Below, piece by piece: positions 29,163 through 39,292 of a stretch of 64,000 nt of DNA. The position numbers and the translations under genes are program-made. The stretch spans positions 3,136,001-3,200,000 of the forward strand of contig OZ245011.1 of NCBI GenBank assembly GCA_965223665.1. Direction: 5' to 3'. This DNA is from Nitrospinaceae bacterium (lineage in GTDB: Bacteria > Nitrospinota > Nitrospinia > Nitrospinales > Nitrospinaceae). Numbering within the stretch: position 1 is the first letter of the stretch; the number at the start of each line of letters is the position of its first letter. The notes under the pieces are model-generated. The model was not told where the DNA came from and did not search any database. It saw only the letters and a program-made list of their open reading frames with translations.

Positions 29163-30305
29163 GTGAAATCATCAACATTCCCATTCGAAATTCCAAGTTT
29201 CGAAAATCCAAGTAAAGGCGGTAAAAATCGTTTGAGCAAAATTGATCAATTTCGAAGTCAGATCGATAAGATCGACGAGAAATTATTGCAATTGTTCAAT
29301 CGCCGGGCAAGTTTAGCAATAAAAATCGGCGAAGAAAAATCAAAACAAAATAAGGCGAATCATTTTCATGTTCCCCATCGTGAAAGAGAAATATTTGAAC
29401 GCCTAAGAACCCTGAATTCTGGCCCACTTCCCTCTTCAGCTATTGAAGTAATTTTTCGCGAAGTATTCTCTGCAACTTTAGCTTTAGAAAAACCCTTACG
29501 AATTTCCTTTTTGGGACCAGAAACCACTTTTTCACACCAAGCCGCTATTAAACAGTTCGGCCACTCAGCAGTTTTTCTGCCTTGCGCAACAATTGAGTCT
29601 ATTTTTTCTCACGTGGAACAGGATAATGCAGATTACGGAATTGTACCTATTGAAAACTCCATCGAAGGCGTTGTGAATTTAACTTTAGATTGTTTTGTAG
29701 ATTCAAAACTTTTTATTTGTGAAGAAATTAAATTGGGAATCAACTTGTATTATATGTCGAAGACAGGGGATTCCAAAAAAGTGAAAGCCATATATTCTCA
29801 TCCCCAGCCATTAGCGCAATGTCGAAATTGGCTTAATAAAAATACGTCTGGGATTGAACAAATTGCTACTTCAAGTACTGCCAATGCGGCAGAAATGGCT
29901 TCAAAAAATAAAAATACCGCAGCTATAGCAGGCAAATTAGCAGCAGAATATTATGATTTAGAGGTCATCGCTGAAAGAATTGAAGATCGTTCTCAAAATA
30001 CCACACGATTTTTAGTCATCAGTAAGGAACCAGCAAAAAAAGCCAAACACAATAAAACCTCAATAATGTTTTCTATAAGAGATGAAGCTGGATCACTTAT
30101 TAAAGTACTTCAACTTTTTGCCCGCCATCAGATAAATTTGACTAAAATCCAGTCTCGTCCTTTACGCAATCGACCTTGGGAGTATTTGTTTTTTGTTGAT
30201 TTTGAAGGCCATAAAGATGATCAAAAAATAGGGAAAGTCATTGACCAACTTGGGCGGCGTTGTGTCTTCATTCGTGTGTTGGGATCGTATCCCAGATTGG
30301 TTTGA
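29163..30305 (+). CDS. pheA: Chorismate mutase/prephenate dehydratase (start may be TTG 29232)
   Basis: R.QIDKID..L..LF.RR mutase domain, FLGPETTFS, VPIENSIEG, NTTRF and IQSRP ACT domain. Confidence 0.96.
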   Translation: MKSSTFPFEIPSFENPSKGGKNRLSKIDQFRSQIDKIDEKLLQLFNRRASLAIKIGEEKSKQNKANHFHVPHREREIFERLRTLNSGPLPSSAIEVIFREVFSATLALEKPLRISFLGPETTFSHQAAIKQFGHSAVFLPCATIESIFSHVEQDNADYGIVPIENSIEGVVNLTLDCFVDSKLFICEEIKLGINLYYMSKTGDSKKVKAIYSHPQPLAQCRNWLNKNTSGIEQIATSSTANAAEMASKNKNTAAIAGKLAAEYYDLEVIAERIEDRSQNTTRFLVISKEPAKKAKHNKTSIMFSIRDEAGSLIKVLQLFARHQINLTKIQSRPLRNRPWEYLFFVDFEGHKDDQKIGKVIDQLGRRCVFIRVLGSYPRLV

Positions 30306-30308
30306 TTT

Positions 30309-31184
30309 ATGGTTAAATTTGGAACCATTAGTATTATTGGAGTGGGTTTATTAGGTGGGGCGATTGCTCAAGCTTGTCGATATTATGGAATAGCAAACCA
30401 AATAGTTGGTTTTGGGCGAAATGCAAATAACTTAAAGGAAGCGGAGGAAGCCAAAATTGTTGATTCAAGCTTTACAGACCTGGAATCAGCCGTAAAGAAC
30501 TCTGACCTTGTAATTCTTTGCACTCCAGTGGGAGTTCTGGTTGAAAGAGTGAAAGAAATGCTACCTTTCCTGAAAGAAGGTTGTTTAATAACAGATGTGG
30601 GGTCTGTGAAGAGTTCTTTGGTAGATCAAATTGATGGATTGATATCGGATCAAATTCGTTTTGTTGGGTCCCACCCAATTGCTGGTGGAGAAAAAACAGG
30701 TTGGAGGGCTTCTAGAAAAGAGTTATTGAAAAATGCACGATGTGTGGTGACCCCAACTACTAGAACTGATCCAAGAGCGTTAAAGGAAATTCGGTTGTTT
30801 TGGGAGCAGTTGGGAATGAATGTTGAAGAAATGGATGCAGATGAACATGATTATATTTATGGAGCTGTAAGTCATTTACCTCATGTTGTGGCATTCACTC
30901 TTATGAATACAGTGGGTCAATCTAAAACAAATAATCATGATGAGCTTTTATCTCTCTCTGCGGGGGGGTTAAGAGATATTACACGTATTGCGTCCAGTGA
31001 TCCGGTGATGTGGAGAGATATTTGTGTGAATAATAAAAAGCATATTATTCAATTGATCAATGATTTTCAACATGAACTGAACACGATTAAATCTTATATA
31101 AATAACGAGGATAAAGAGACCTTAAAAAATTCATTTCAAGTAGCCAAGGAAAAGCGAGAATTATTAACTAAGGAAACCGGATGA
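30309..31184 (+). CDS. tyrA: Prephenate/arogenate dehydrogenase
   Basis: GVGLLGG, TDVGSVK, HPIAGGE, EHD..VSHLPH and RDITRIASSDP.MW motifs. Confidence 0.93.
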   Translation: MVKFGTISIIGVGLLGGAIAQACRYYGIANQIVGFGRNANNLKEAEEAKIVDSSFTDLESAVKNSDLVILCTPVGVLVERVKEMLPFLKEGCLITDVGSVKSSLVDQIDGLISDQIRFVGSHPIAGGEKTGWRASRKELLKNARCVVTPTTRTDPRALKEIRLFWEQLGMNVEEMDADEHDYIYGAVSHLPHVVAFTLMNTVGQSKTNNHDELLSLSAGGLRDITRIASSDPVMWRDICVNNKKHIIQLINDFQHELNTIKSYINNEDKETLKNSFQVAKEKRELLTKETG

Positions 31185-31846
31185 TAATTGCTATCGATGG
31201 GCCTGCGGGTAGTGGTAAGAGTACGGTAGCTCGAATAATTGCCCAGAAACTTGGGTTTAATTATATTGAGACAGGTTCTATGTATCGTGCGGTGGCTTGG
31301 AAAACTAATAAGGATAATATCGATCCAAAAGACTTAGATAAGGTTTCTTCACTGGCAGAAGAATTAATAATTGAATTTTTACCAAGCATTGAGGGACAGA
31401 GGGTATTGGTGAATGGGAAAGATTTAACATCCATTTTGAAAACAGAATCTATTGGGCAAATTGCAGCCATAGTTGCTGCAAATCCAAGGGTTCGGGAACT
31501 CATGGTCGCTAAGCAACGTAAAATGGGAGAAATAGACAATGTTGTTATGGATGGACGTGATATAGGAACGGATGTTTTTCCTAATGCAGAGATAAAATTT
31601 TTTTTAAATGCGGACCCAGAGGAACGGGCCCATCGTCGTTACCTGGAGTTGAAGAAAAAGTTTCCAGATTTGAAATTAGAAGAAGTAATTAAGCAGATGA
31701 AGCAAAGAGACTATGAAGATGAAAATCGATCGGTCTCTCCATTGCGTCCTGCAGAGGACGCGATTATGGTAGACACCACTGGACAAAAAATTGATGAGGT
31801 TATTGAAGAGGTGTTTAAAACAATTCAATCTGTTCAAAAGAGATAA
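31181..31846 (+). CDS. cmk: Cytidylate kinase
   Basis: IAIDGPAGSGKST, TGSMYRA and DGRDIGT motifs. Confidence 0.97.
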   Translation: MIIAIDGPAGSGKSTVARIIAQKLGFNYIETGSMYRAVAWKTNKDNIDPKDLDKVSSLAEELIIEFLPSIEGQRVLVNGKDLTSILKTESIGQIAAIVAANPRVRELMVAKQRKMGEIDNVVMDGRDIGTDVFPNAEIKFFLNADPEERAHRRYLELKKKFPDLKLEEVIKQMKQRDYEDENRSVSPLRPAEDAIMVDTTGQKIDEVIEEVFKTIQSVQKR

Positions 31847-31890
31847 CAACGAAAAAGAATATCAATAATTTAGTTTTAAGGAGAACTATT

Positions 31891-33591
31891 GTGCAGGAAT
31901 TTGATTTAGACTTTGATGATTTTGAGGATGAGGAGCTTACGGAAGAGGATAAAGCTGCTCGCCAGGAATTAGAAGCCTATCTGGAACAAAGTATGACAAA
32001 CTTTAAAGAAGGCGAAATTATCAATGGGAAAGTATTGAATGTTGGAAAAGGAATGGTAACCATTGATGTGGGATTTAAATCAGAGGGAATTGTAAATTTA
32101 AATGAATTCCCCGAATCAGAAAAAAATCTCCAAATTGGAGACGATGTTGAAGTTTTCCTTGAACGGGTAGAGGATAATGATGGCATTGTTGTCCTGTCCA
32201 AGGAAAAAGCCAACAAAATTAAAATTTGGGAAAAACTTGTTACAGCTTTTGAATCTGGAGAAATTATTGAAGGAGTGGTTGTTGCTAAAGCTAAAGGTGG
32301 CCTTACGGTGGATATAGGGTTGAAGGCCTTTTTACCTGGTTCTCAAATTGATCTTCGCCCAGTGAGAAATCTTGAAAAGTTGATTGGTGATCGATTTGAA
32401 ATGAAGATCATTAAAATGAATAAAAAAAGGGGAAATATAGTACTTTCGCGAAGAATTTTGTTGGAAGAAGAACGGCAACAGGCTCGAGAAGGTACCCTCC
32501 AAAAAATGGAAGAAGGAAATAAAGTGGAAGGTATTGTCAAAAACATTACCGATTACGGAGTGTTTATTGACTTAGGAGGTATTGATGGTCTTCTTCATAT
32601 TACTGACATGTCGTGGGGACGCGTGAACCACCCCTCAGAAATGTTTTCCATCGGGGACAAGGTGACCGTCATGGTCTTGAAATACGATAAAGAAAAAGAA
32701 AGGGTTTCCCTGGGGCTAAAACAGATCACTCCTGATCCATGGGTTAATGTTGAAGAAAAATATCCTGTTAATACCAAAATTCAGGGCAATGTAGTTAGTA
32801 TTACAGATTATGGTGCTTTTGTAGAATTAGAAAAGGGGATTGAAGGGTTAGTGCACGTTTCTGAAATTTCATGGAGCAGGCATGTAAAACATCCCAATAA
32901 AGTGGTTTCCATTGGAGACTCTGTGGATGCTATTGTGCTTACACTTGATAAAGAAAAGAAACGAATTTCATTGGGAATGAAGCAAACTGAACCGAATCCT
33001 TGGAATGAAATTGAAGATAAATATCCAATTGGTTCTCAAGTGGAAGGTATTGTCCGAAATTTAACCGATTTTGGAGCTTTTGTAGAATTAGAGGATGGTG
33101 TGGATGGTTTGATCCATATTTCAGATATGGCTTGGAACAAGAAAATTAAACATCCCTCAGAGGCCCTTAAGAAAAAGGACAAAGTCACAGCCGCTGTTTT
33201 GAATATTGATAAGGAAGCTTGCCGTATTTCCCTGGGTATAAAGCAACTTGAGCCAGACCCATGGGAAAAAATCCCTGAACAATATCCAATAGGAAAAGAT
33301 GTTTCAGGCACGATTGTAAAAGTTACCGGTTTCGGGGCTTTTGCAGAATTTGATGATGGGTTAGAAGGTTTGATCCATGTTTCTCAGTTAAGTTCTGAAA
33401 AAGTTACTCATCCGGAAAAGGTTGTAAAAGTTGGAGATTCTATTAAGGCGAAGGTGGTTAAGGTCGATACCACTAATAAGAAGATTGGTTTAAGTATTAA
33501 GGCTTATGAAGAGAACATGGATCCTTCGCAAATTGCCATGGAAGATGTTCAACTTGATGATCCTGAAGAACAAACCGAAGAATCCTCTTAA
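31891..33591 (+). CDS. rpsA: 30S ribosomal protein S1
   Basis: Six S1 domains (GFKSEG, AFLPGSQ, DGLLHITDMSW, EGLVHVSE). Confidence 0.98.
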   Translation: MQEFDLDFDDFEDEELTEEDKAARQELEAYLEQSMTNFKEGEIINGKVLNVGKGMVTIDVGFKSEGIVNLNEFPESEKNLQIGDDVEVFLERVEDNDGIVVLSKEKANKIKIWEKLVTAFESGEIIEGVVVAKAKGGLTVDIGLKAFLPGSQIDLRPVRNLEKLIGDRFEMKIIKMNKKRGNIVLSRRILLEEERQQAREGTLQKMEEGNKVEGIVKNITDYGVFIDLGGIDGLLHITDMSWGRVNHPSEMFSIGDKVTVMVLKYDKEKERVSLGLKQITPDPWVNVEEKYPVNTKIQGNVVSITDYGAFVELEKGIEGLVHVSEISWSRHVKHPNKVVSIGDSVDAIVLTLDKEKKRISLGMKQTEPNPWNEIEDKYPIGSQVEGIVRNLTDFGAFVELEDGVDGLIHISDMAWNKKIKHPSEALKKKDKVTAAVLNIDKEACRISLGIKQLEPDPWEKIPEQYPIGKDVSGTIVKVTGFGAFAEFDDGLEGLIHVSQLSSEKVTHPEKVVKVGDSIKAKVVKVDTTNKKIGLSIKAYEENMDPSQIAMEDVQLDDPEEQTEESS

Positions 33592-33602
33592 CCTTAAATT
33601 CT

Positions 33603-34526
33603 TTGGAGAGCAATATGGCAGGAACAGCACCCAATAAACCGAAAAGATCCTTTAGTCGAGGTTTAATTTATTTTTTTGTGGGTCTTTTGGCCCTGATTGG
33701 ATTTTCATCTGTATTAGGGAAATTCATGTCGGATGACTTGGACAGTGGCAAGGAAAAGATTGCTTTAGTCGAGGTCACAGGCATGATATCCGATTCTTCT
33801 GAAGTGGTGAATCAATTATCCCAGTACGGGAGAAATAAAAGTATTAAGGGTATTATTTTACGTATTGATTCACCAGGGGGAGCGGTTGCGCCTTCACAAG
33901 AAATATATGATGAAGTTCTAAGGACTCGTGCAAAGAATAAAACGGTTTATGCTTCTATGGGAAGTCTGGCTGCTTCAGGGGGTTATTATATAGCAGCCGC
34001 GGCTGATCGTATCTTTGCAAACCCAGGCACTCTAACTGGAAGTATAGGAGTGATTATGGCTTTTTCCAATGCAGAAGAATTGATCCATAAAATTGGGTTG
34101 AAGCCGGAAGTAGTTAAAAGTGGAAAATTTAAGGATACGGGTTCTCCTGCAAGAAAAATGAGTAAAGAAGAAAGAGGGTATTTGCAGAGAGTAGTAAATG
34201 ATGTTCACCAACAATTTGTGGAAGCAGTCGCAAAGGGAAGAAATTTAAAAATTCCCGAAGCTAGAAAGTTAGCTGATGGGCGAATATACACAGGTCGCCA
34301 GGCTTTTAAATTAAAGATGGTAGACCAAATAGGTAGTCTGGAAGATGCCATTGCAAGTTTAAGTGAGGTTTTAGGGATACGAGGAAGACCAAAAATAGTA
34401 AAAGAATCTAAAAAACAAAGCTTTATGGAATGGTTTATGGGAAATAATGCAGTTGCGGAAAATATAAAAAGCGCTCTTTGGCCGGCTCGGTTTCCCCACC
34501 TTCAGTATCTATGGCTTCCGGGATAG
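33603..34526 (+). CDS. sppA: Signal peptide peptidase, 36K type (start likely ATG 33615)
   Basis: RIDSPGG, AASGGYY, TGSIGVI and KSGKFKD motifs. Confidence 0.93.
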   Translation: MESNMAGTAPNKPKRSFSRGLIYFFVGLLALIGFSSVLGKFMSDDLDSGKEKIALVEVTGMISDSSEVVNQLSQYGRNKSIKGIILRIDSPGGAVAPSQEIYDEVLRTRAKNKTVYASMGSLAASGGYYIAAAADRIFANPGTLTGSIGVIMAFSNAEELIHKIGLKPEVVKSGKFKDTGSPARKMSKEERGYLQRVVNDVHQQFVEAVAKGRNLKIPEARKLADGRIYTGRQAFKLKMVDQIGSLEDAIASLSEVLGIRGRPKIVKESKKQSFMEWFMGNNAVAENIKSALWPARFPHLQYLWLPG

Positions 34527-34715
34527 TTTACAGATAAAAATTTTGCTATTTCGATAATTTTATGGCTCATAAAGGGTATTAATCGATTTTATAATATTTT
34601 TTGAAGCTTGCTAACCTTTATTAAAGAAACCATCTAACAAGAAAAAGTCCAAATTTTTAAAAAATCCCAATACATACAAAAAAGGTATTATCTATTTCGA
34701 TATGCTCAAAAACTC

Positions 34716-34743
34716 TTGACTTAGTTGGGGTTAGTGGTATACT
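34716..34743 (+). promoter_or_regulatory. Sigma70 promoter of the ihfB-like gene
   Basis: TTGACT-N16-TATACT with extended -10 TG. Confidence 0.65.
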
Positions 34744-34780
34744 TCTCGCATATTACGAGGCCATTAGGGGGAGAAGTTTC

Positions 34781-35113
34781 ATGACCAAAGCGGAGTTGGT
34801 AGAAAAGGTTTCCGCGCAAATCAACCTGACCAAAAAACAAACCGAGGTTGTGGTCAACACTGTGTTTCAAAGTATCACAGAATCTTTGGCGCAAGGCAAA
34901 AAGGTTGAGCTACGTGGATTTGGAAGTTTTCGAGTGCGAAATCGTAATGCCCGGATTGGAAGAAATCCTAAGTCCGGTGATCGTGTTGATGTTCCAGCCA
35001 AGAAAGTCCCTTTTTTTAAAGCAGGTAAGGAACTCAGGGAACTAGTAGATGGGCATTTTGAAATCATGGACGATGATGATTATGATGATCTTGAGGAAGG
35101 TTCCGAAGATTAA
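34781..35113 (+). CDS. ihfB: Integration host factor beta / HU-family DNA-binding protein
   Basis: MTKAEL, VELRGFGSF, GRNPKSG and PFFKAGKELRE motifs; usual rpsA-sppA-ihfB context. Confidence 0.85.
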   Translation: MTKAELVEKVSAQINLTKKQTEVVVNTVFQSITESLAQGKKVELRGFGSFRVRNRNARIGRNPKSGDRVDVPAKKVPFFKAGKELRELVDGHFEIMDDDDYDDLEEGSED

Positions 35114-35150
35114 TTTTTGTTCATGATTTGTATATTTTAGTTTTGTCTTT

Positions 35151-35176
35151 AAGCAGGGTTTGGCCCTGCTTTTTTT
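35151..35176 (+). terminator. Rho-independent terminator after ihfB
   Basis: AAGCAGGG-loop-CCCTGCTT followed by a T run. Confidence 0.85.
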
Positions 35177-35240
35177 ATTTGCTGACACTGTCATTATCCT
35201 ACACTACACCTACTTTTTCGATTTTAACCTAAGATAATAT

Positions 35241-36311
35241 ATGCCTGGAAATACATTTGGACATTTATTTAAAGTGACTACCTGGGGTGAATCCCACGGA
35301 AAGGGTATTGGCGTTGTTGTTGATGGTTGCCCATCAGGATTACCTCTGGTTGAAAAAGATATTCAAAAAGAATTGGAACGTCGTCGCACAGGACAAAGTA
35401 AAGTCACCACCACCAGAAAAGAACCAGATCAAATTGTAATACTCTCAGGGGTTTTTAATGGAAAAACCACTGGGACCCCAATTGCAATGATGGTGGAAAA
35501 TAGTGATGCGGACTCATCAAAGTATGAGCTTATTAAAGATCTTTATCGCCCAGGTCATGCGGATTTTACTTATGATGAAAAGTTTGGATTTAGAGATTAC
35601 CGTGGGGGTGGTCGAAGTAGTGCAAGAGAAACAGTAGGGCGAGTAGCGGCCGGAGCCATTGCCAAAAAGCTATTGGCCCTTAAAAAAATTAAAGTTTTTG
35701 CCTACACAAAACAAATCGGAGAATTGGTGGCAAAAAAGTTTGACATAAAGGAAATTGAAAAAAATATTGTAAGATGCCCAGATAAAAAAGTTGCAGCGCA
35801 AATGGTTGATGCCATTATGAAAGTGCGCAAGCAAGGAGATTCTTTAGGGGGTGTTATAGAAATAATTGCTCAGGGTGTGCCAGCCGGGTTAGGAGAACCT
35901 GTATTTGACCGATTAGATGCTGAGTTAGCAAAAGCATTAATGTCCCTTCCTGCGGTTAAAGGGGTTGAGGTAGGGATAGGATTTGAGGCCGCGAAACTTA
36001 AAGGATCACAATGTAATGATATCTTTATTAAAAAAGGAAAAAAAATTACCACCAAAACAAACAATGCGGGTGGAATTTTAGGCGGGATTTCAAATGGAAA
36101 TGATATTGTTTTGCGAATGGTTGTAAAACCTACCTCTTCTATTAATCGGGTTCAAGATACCGTAAATCAAACCGGAAAAAAATCAAAAATCAGAGTGGAA
36201 GGTAGACATGATCCTTGTGTAGCACCTCGAGCAGTTCCCATGGCAGAAACTATGGTTGCTTTAGTTTTAATTGACCATTTATTTCTCCAGGAACATTCGC
36301 AGCTTAAATAA
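35241..36311 (+). CDS. aroC: Chorismate synthase
   Basis: TTWGESHG, RPGHAD, GGGRSSARET, GGILGGISNG and GRHDPC motifs. Confidence 0.98.
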   Translation: MPGNTFGHLFKVTTWGESHGKGIGVVVDGCPSGLPLVEKDIQKELERRRTGQSKVTTTRKEPDQIVILSGVFNGKTTGTPIAMMVENSDADSSKYELIKDLYRPGHADFTYDEKFGFRDYRGGGRSSARETVGRVAAGAIAKKLLALKKIKVFAYTKQIGELVAKKFDIKEIEKNIVRCPDKKVAAQMVDAIMKVRKQGDSLGGVIEIIAQGVPAGLGEPVFDRLDAELAKALMSLPAVKGVEVGIGFEAAKLKGSQCNDIFIKKGKKITTKTNNAGGILGGISNGNDIVLRMVVKPTSSINRVQDTVNQTGKKSKIRVEGRHDPCVAPRAVPMAETMVALVLIDHLFLQEHSQLK

Positions 36312-36344
36312 TAGCCCTCGAAAAGCTTCCTCCAAAAATTATAT

Positions 36345-37148
36345 ATGACAACCCCCTATAAAATTGGATTTTTACAAACCAATCCCCTATTTGGCAAGGT
36401 AGAAAGCAATCTAAACAAAATCGAACAATATTTCCAGAATGTAAACGCCAATTTGATGGTATTACCTGAACTTTTTAATACAGGATATCAGTTTAAAAGC
36501 ATTGAAGAAGCGAAAGCCATTTCGGAAGAAATACCAGCCGGGAAAACCACACAGTTTTTAATTAATTTAGCGCAAAAGACTCAATCGGCAATTATTGCAG
36601 GAATTGCAGAGATTGATAATGGAGCCTTATTCAACTCCGCTGTGATTATTGGTACGCAAGGTTTTATGGGAAAATACAGAAAGGCCCATATATTTGATAC
36701 AGAAAAAAAATTTTTTAATCCTGGAAATTTACCTTTAAAAACCTTTCAACTTGGCTCCGCCAATGTTGGGGTCATGATCTGCTTTGATTGGCGATTTCCT
36801 GAAGTTTCCCGTACGTTAGCGTTGAAAGGGGCGGACATTATTGCCCATCCATCCAATTTAGTTTTACCGCATTGCCCCCAATCTATGATTACCCGGTGTT
36901 TGGAAAATCGGATATATGCTGTAACCTCGGATCGCATTGGGACTGAAAACAGGATTACAGATGAATCCCTCAAATTTATAGGACAAAGTCAAATTGTTGA
37001 TCCTAATGGCGAAGTACTTTATCGGGCTTCACAGGACCAGGAAGAGATAAAAGTCATTGAAATTGATCTTGACCTGGCAAGAGAAAAGAAAATTAACCCA
37101 CACAATGATCTACTAAAAGATCGAAGAGAAGACCTTTACAGAGCGTAA
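36345..37148 (+). CDS. Nitrilase / carbon-nitrogen hydrolase family protein
   Basis: E-K-C triad motifs LPEL, YRKAH and ICFDWRFPE. Confidence 0.9.
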   Translation: MTTPYKIGFLQTNPLFGKVESNLNKIEQYFQNVNANLMVLPELFNTGYQFKSIEEAKAISEEIPAGKTTQFLINLAQKTQSAIIAGIAEIDNGALFNSAVIIGTQGFMGKYRKAHIFDTEKKFFNPGNLPLKTFQLGSANVGVMICFDWRFPEVSRTLALKGADIIAHPSNLVLPHCPQSMITRCLENRIYAVTSDRIGTENRITDESLKFIGQSQIVDPNGEVLYRASQDQEEIKVIEIDLDLAREKKINPHNDLLKDRREDLYRA

Positions 37149-37335
37149 TCAAATTTGTAAACTAGGCCTAATTTTTTTCAGAATAATACTTTGGGATCTC
37201 AAAATATATATTTTTTGAGGCGTTTAAATTCTCTCTCTAGATAAGGAGGGAGGGTTTCCGTCCAATAAAATTATTTTAAAGGCTCCCTTAAATTCAAAGC
37301 GGTGACTTTGAAAATATTGATATAAAGGACTATTT

Positions 37336-37761
37336 ATGCAACCTCCAAAATCTCGATTTTTAAAAAAAGATGATGGCACAATATATGACTCTCTTACCAG
37401 CCTTACTTGGAAAGCTAAAGATTCTTTGTTAGATTTAGAAAAAGAAGTTTCCTGGGACGAGGCAAACCAATACGCTCAAAATACCAATAATGATCAATTT
37501 GGAGGGCATAATGATTGGAGAGTACCCACGATTCACGAAGCTTCTTCACTGTACGAAGAAGAAAAGTTAAACAAAGACGCAAAAGGAGGGGATATTCACC
37601 TTGATTCTATTTTTCCGCCCGGAGCTGGTAATTGCACTTGGACAAGTAACGAAAGGGGGGGTGAAGCCCAAATCATGTTTTATTTAAATGGTTGTCCTTA
37701 TTGGTATGATAAAAATGATAAAACTATTTCCCATTCAGTCCGCTTAGTAAGAAGAGGTTAA
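37336..37761 (+). CDS. DUF1566 (Lcl C-terminal-like) domain protein
   Basis: DGTIYD..T.LTW, SWDEA, GGHNDWRVPT..E, WTS and VRLVR motifs. Confidence 0.85.
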   Translation: MQPPKSRFLKKDDGTIYDSLTSLTWKAKDSLLDLEKEVSWDEANQYAQNTNNDQFGGHNDWRVPTIHEASSLYEEEKLNKDAKGGDIHLDSIFPPGAGNCTWTSNERGGEAQIMFYLNGCPYWYDKNDKTISHSVRLVRRG

Positions 37762-37837
37762 ATTTAAAATCTAATTTTTTGTTTTATCTTTTTAAAAAAT
37801 CTGAGAACCTAAAGTAAAATAACTTTATTCTCTTTCA

Positions 37838-38290
37838 ATGGATAAGCTTAAGGTTCTTCAGGGTATAGACAGTGCATTTGGTCATATATCTCGTCCAGTC
37901 CATTTTCTAAAAAACCCTAACCATTGTTGTGAATGTGCTGAGCATGAAGACACATTGCAACAAGTTACCCCAATCACTATCAGCCTAAAAGAAGTTGGAT
38001 CCCCTGCATGGGACCCTTTATGTGGAGTGAAACCGGCAGCATTTCAATATTTGATGCCGGGTTTAGCGCGTCTTGCAATGGGGAAAGGGGATAGTTATTA
38101 TTTAGATCAATTCATGTTTCATTTGGAATCCTTCCAAATTGATGAATTCAACCCAGCTCAATCTCAAGCGGTCTTAAATTTGCTTTGGTTTCTTTTTGAA
38201 ACCATGCCAGAGGAAATTGAATCTTCCGTATGGGATGAATTAACCTTAGGAAGGGTAATTGAAAAGTTGGAATTGCAACTTTTCAAATAA
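37838..38290 (+). CDS. Hypothetical protein with HCCECAEH motif
   Basis: 150-aa ORF with a Cys/His cluster near the N-terminus. Confidence 0.6.
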   Translation: MDKLKVLQGIDSAFGHISRPVHFLKNPNHCCECAEHEDTLQQVTPITISLKEVGSPAWDPLCGVKPAAFQYLMPGLARLAMGKGDSYYLDQFMFHLESFQIDEFNPAQSQAVLNLLWFLFETMPEEIESSVWDELTLGRVIEKLELQLFK

Positions 38291-38296
38291 ATCCTC

Positions 38297-39133
38297 TTAT
38301 TTTTTATCCAAATTATAAACTAGAGGGATTCCATTAGTTCCCACCGGGATATAAACTGTAGTGTGATTTGGGGAATCTGCCATTTTATTCTGTGCGTTTA
38401 TAGCTTCATGCTGCAAATAATTTTTTGTTAATGTGGAGTTGATAATTTTCTGTGATTCCGCAATTCCCCTGGCCTCTTCTACTCGGATTTCGGCATTTTT
38501 TATAGCAATTTGTCGTTCAATTGCTTTTTTTTCCAGTTCTTGTTCAGCGGCTAGTTTTCTTTCCACAGCTTGAGCCACAGCTTGAGGATAATCTATATTG
38601 CCGACCACCAGTTTTAACAATTTAAATGGGGTTCCTTCTAAGTGGTTCCTAAGCTTTATCAAAACTTGTTGGGCGATTTTTTCTCGATTAGCTTTTATTT
38701 CTCGTGAATCGAAACTGTGGACAGCATCACGCACAAAAGATCGAAAAGGCTCCTTAACAAAACGAGCATACCAATTTCTTCCACCATAATTCTCCACGAC
38801 CTTTTGAATCGTCCCTTCTTGGATTTCAAAAACTCCCTGAAACCTAAAATTTACATTTAGATCATCTTTAGCAAGAATTTTAAACTCCTCATTCAAAGTC
38901 ATGGGGCGAAAATCAACATTTATGGTTCGGTTTCGCCAAAGTGATACGCCAAAATTTCCTGGCCCTTTCACCCTTCCTTTAAAACCACCATTTCCCCACA
39001 CTCGAGGTTTTTCAAATACATATCCTTCATGGCCTTCGGGTGTGTATGGATTGGTATAAATAGAAAAGAAAATAATTAGAAAGATAAAAATACACACTAA
39101 GCCAAATGTAAAAAAAATATTGGATGTTTTCAT
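38297..39133 (-). CDS. SPFH/band 7 (prohibitin-like) membrane protein
   Basis: N-terminal TM helix, AVERK..AEQ coiled coil, EARGIAESQ. ATG 39133 with RBS GGGAG preferred over the track's 39229. Confidence 0.85.
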   Translation of the reverse strand: MKTSNIFFTFGLVCIFIFLIIFFSIYTNPYTPEGHEGYVFEKPRVWGNGGFKGRVKGPGNFGVSLWRNRTINVDFRPMTLNEEFKILAKDDLNVNFRFQGVFEIQEGTIQKVVENYGGRNWYARFVKEPFRSFVRDAVHSFDSREIKANREKIAQQVLIKLRNHLEGTPFKLLKLVVGNIDYPQAVAQAVERKLAAEQELEKKAIERQIAIKNAEIRVEEARGIAESQKIINSTLTKNYLQHEAINAQNKMADSPNHTTVYIPVGTNGIPLVYNLDKK

Positions 39134-39292
39134 ATCTCCCTCTTGTAAACGGAGGCCTTGATTAGCCATAAAATTATTCCACAATTTTTTTGTCCAAGCA
39201 TAGAATCGCTCGGGGAAATAATTTTTCACTTTATGATTAATGGGGTTCTGGTTTTTTTACTATTTTGTTGGGAAGGAAGTTAAATAGAATTT

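Noticed and set aside
36345-37148. Nitrilase as the formamidase completing the hut pathway
   Set aside because: It is about 33 kb from hut, follows aroC, and shows only generic CN-hydrolase motifs.
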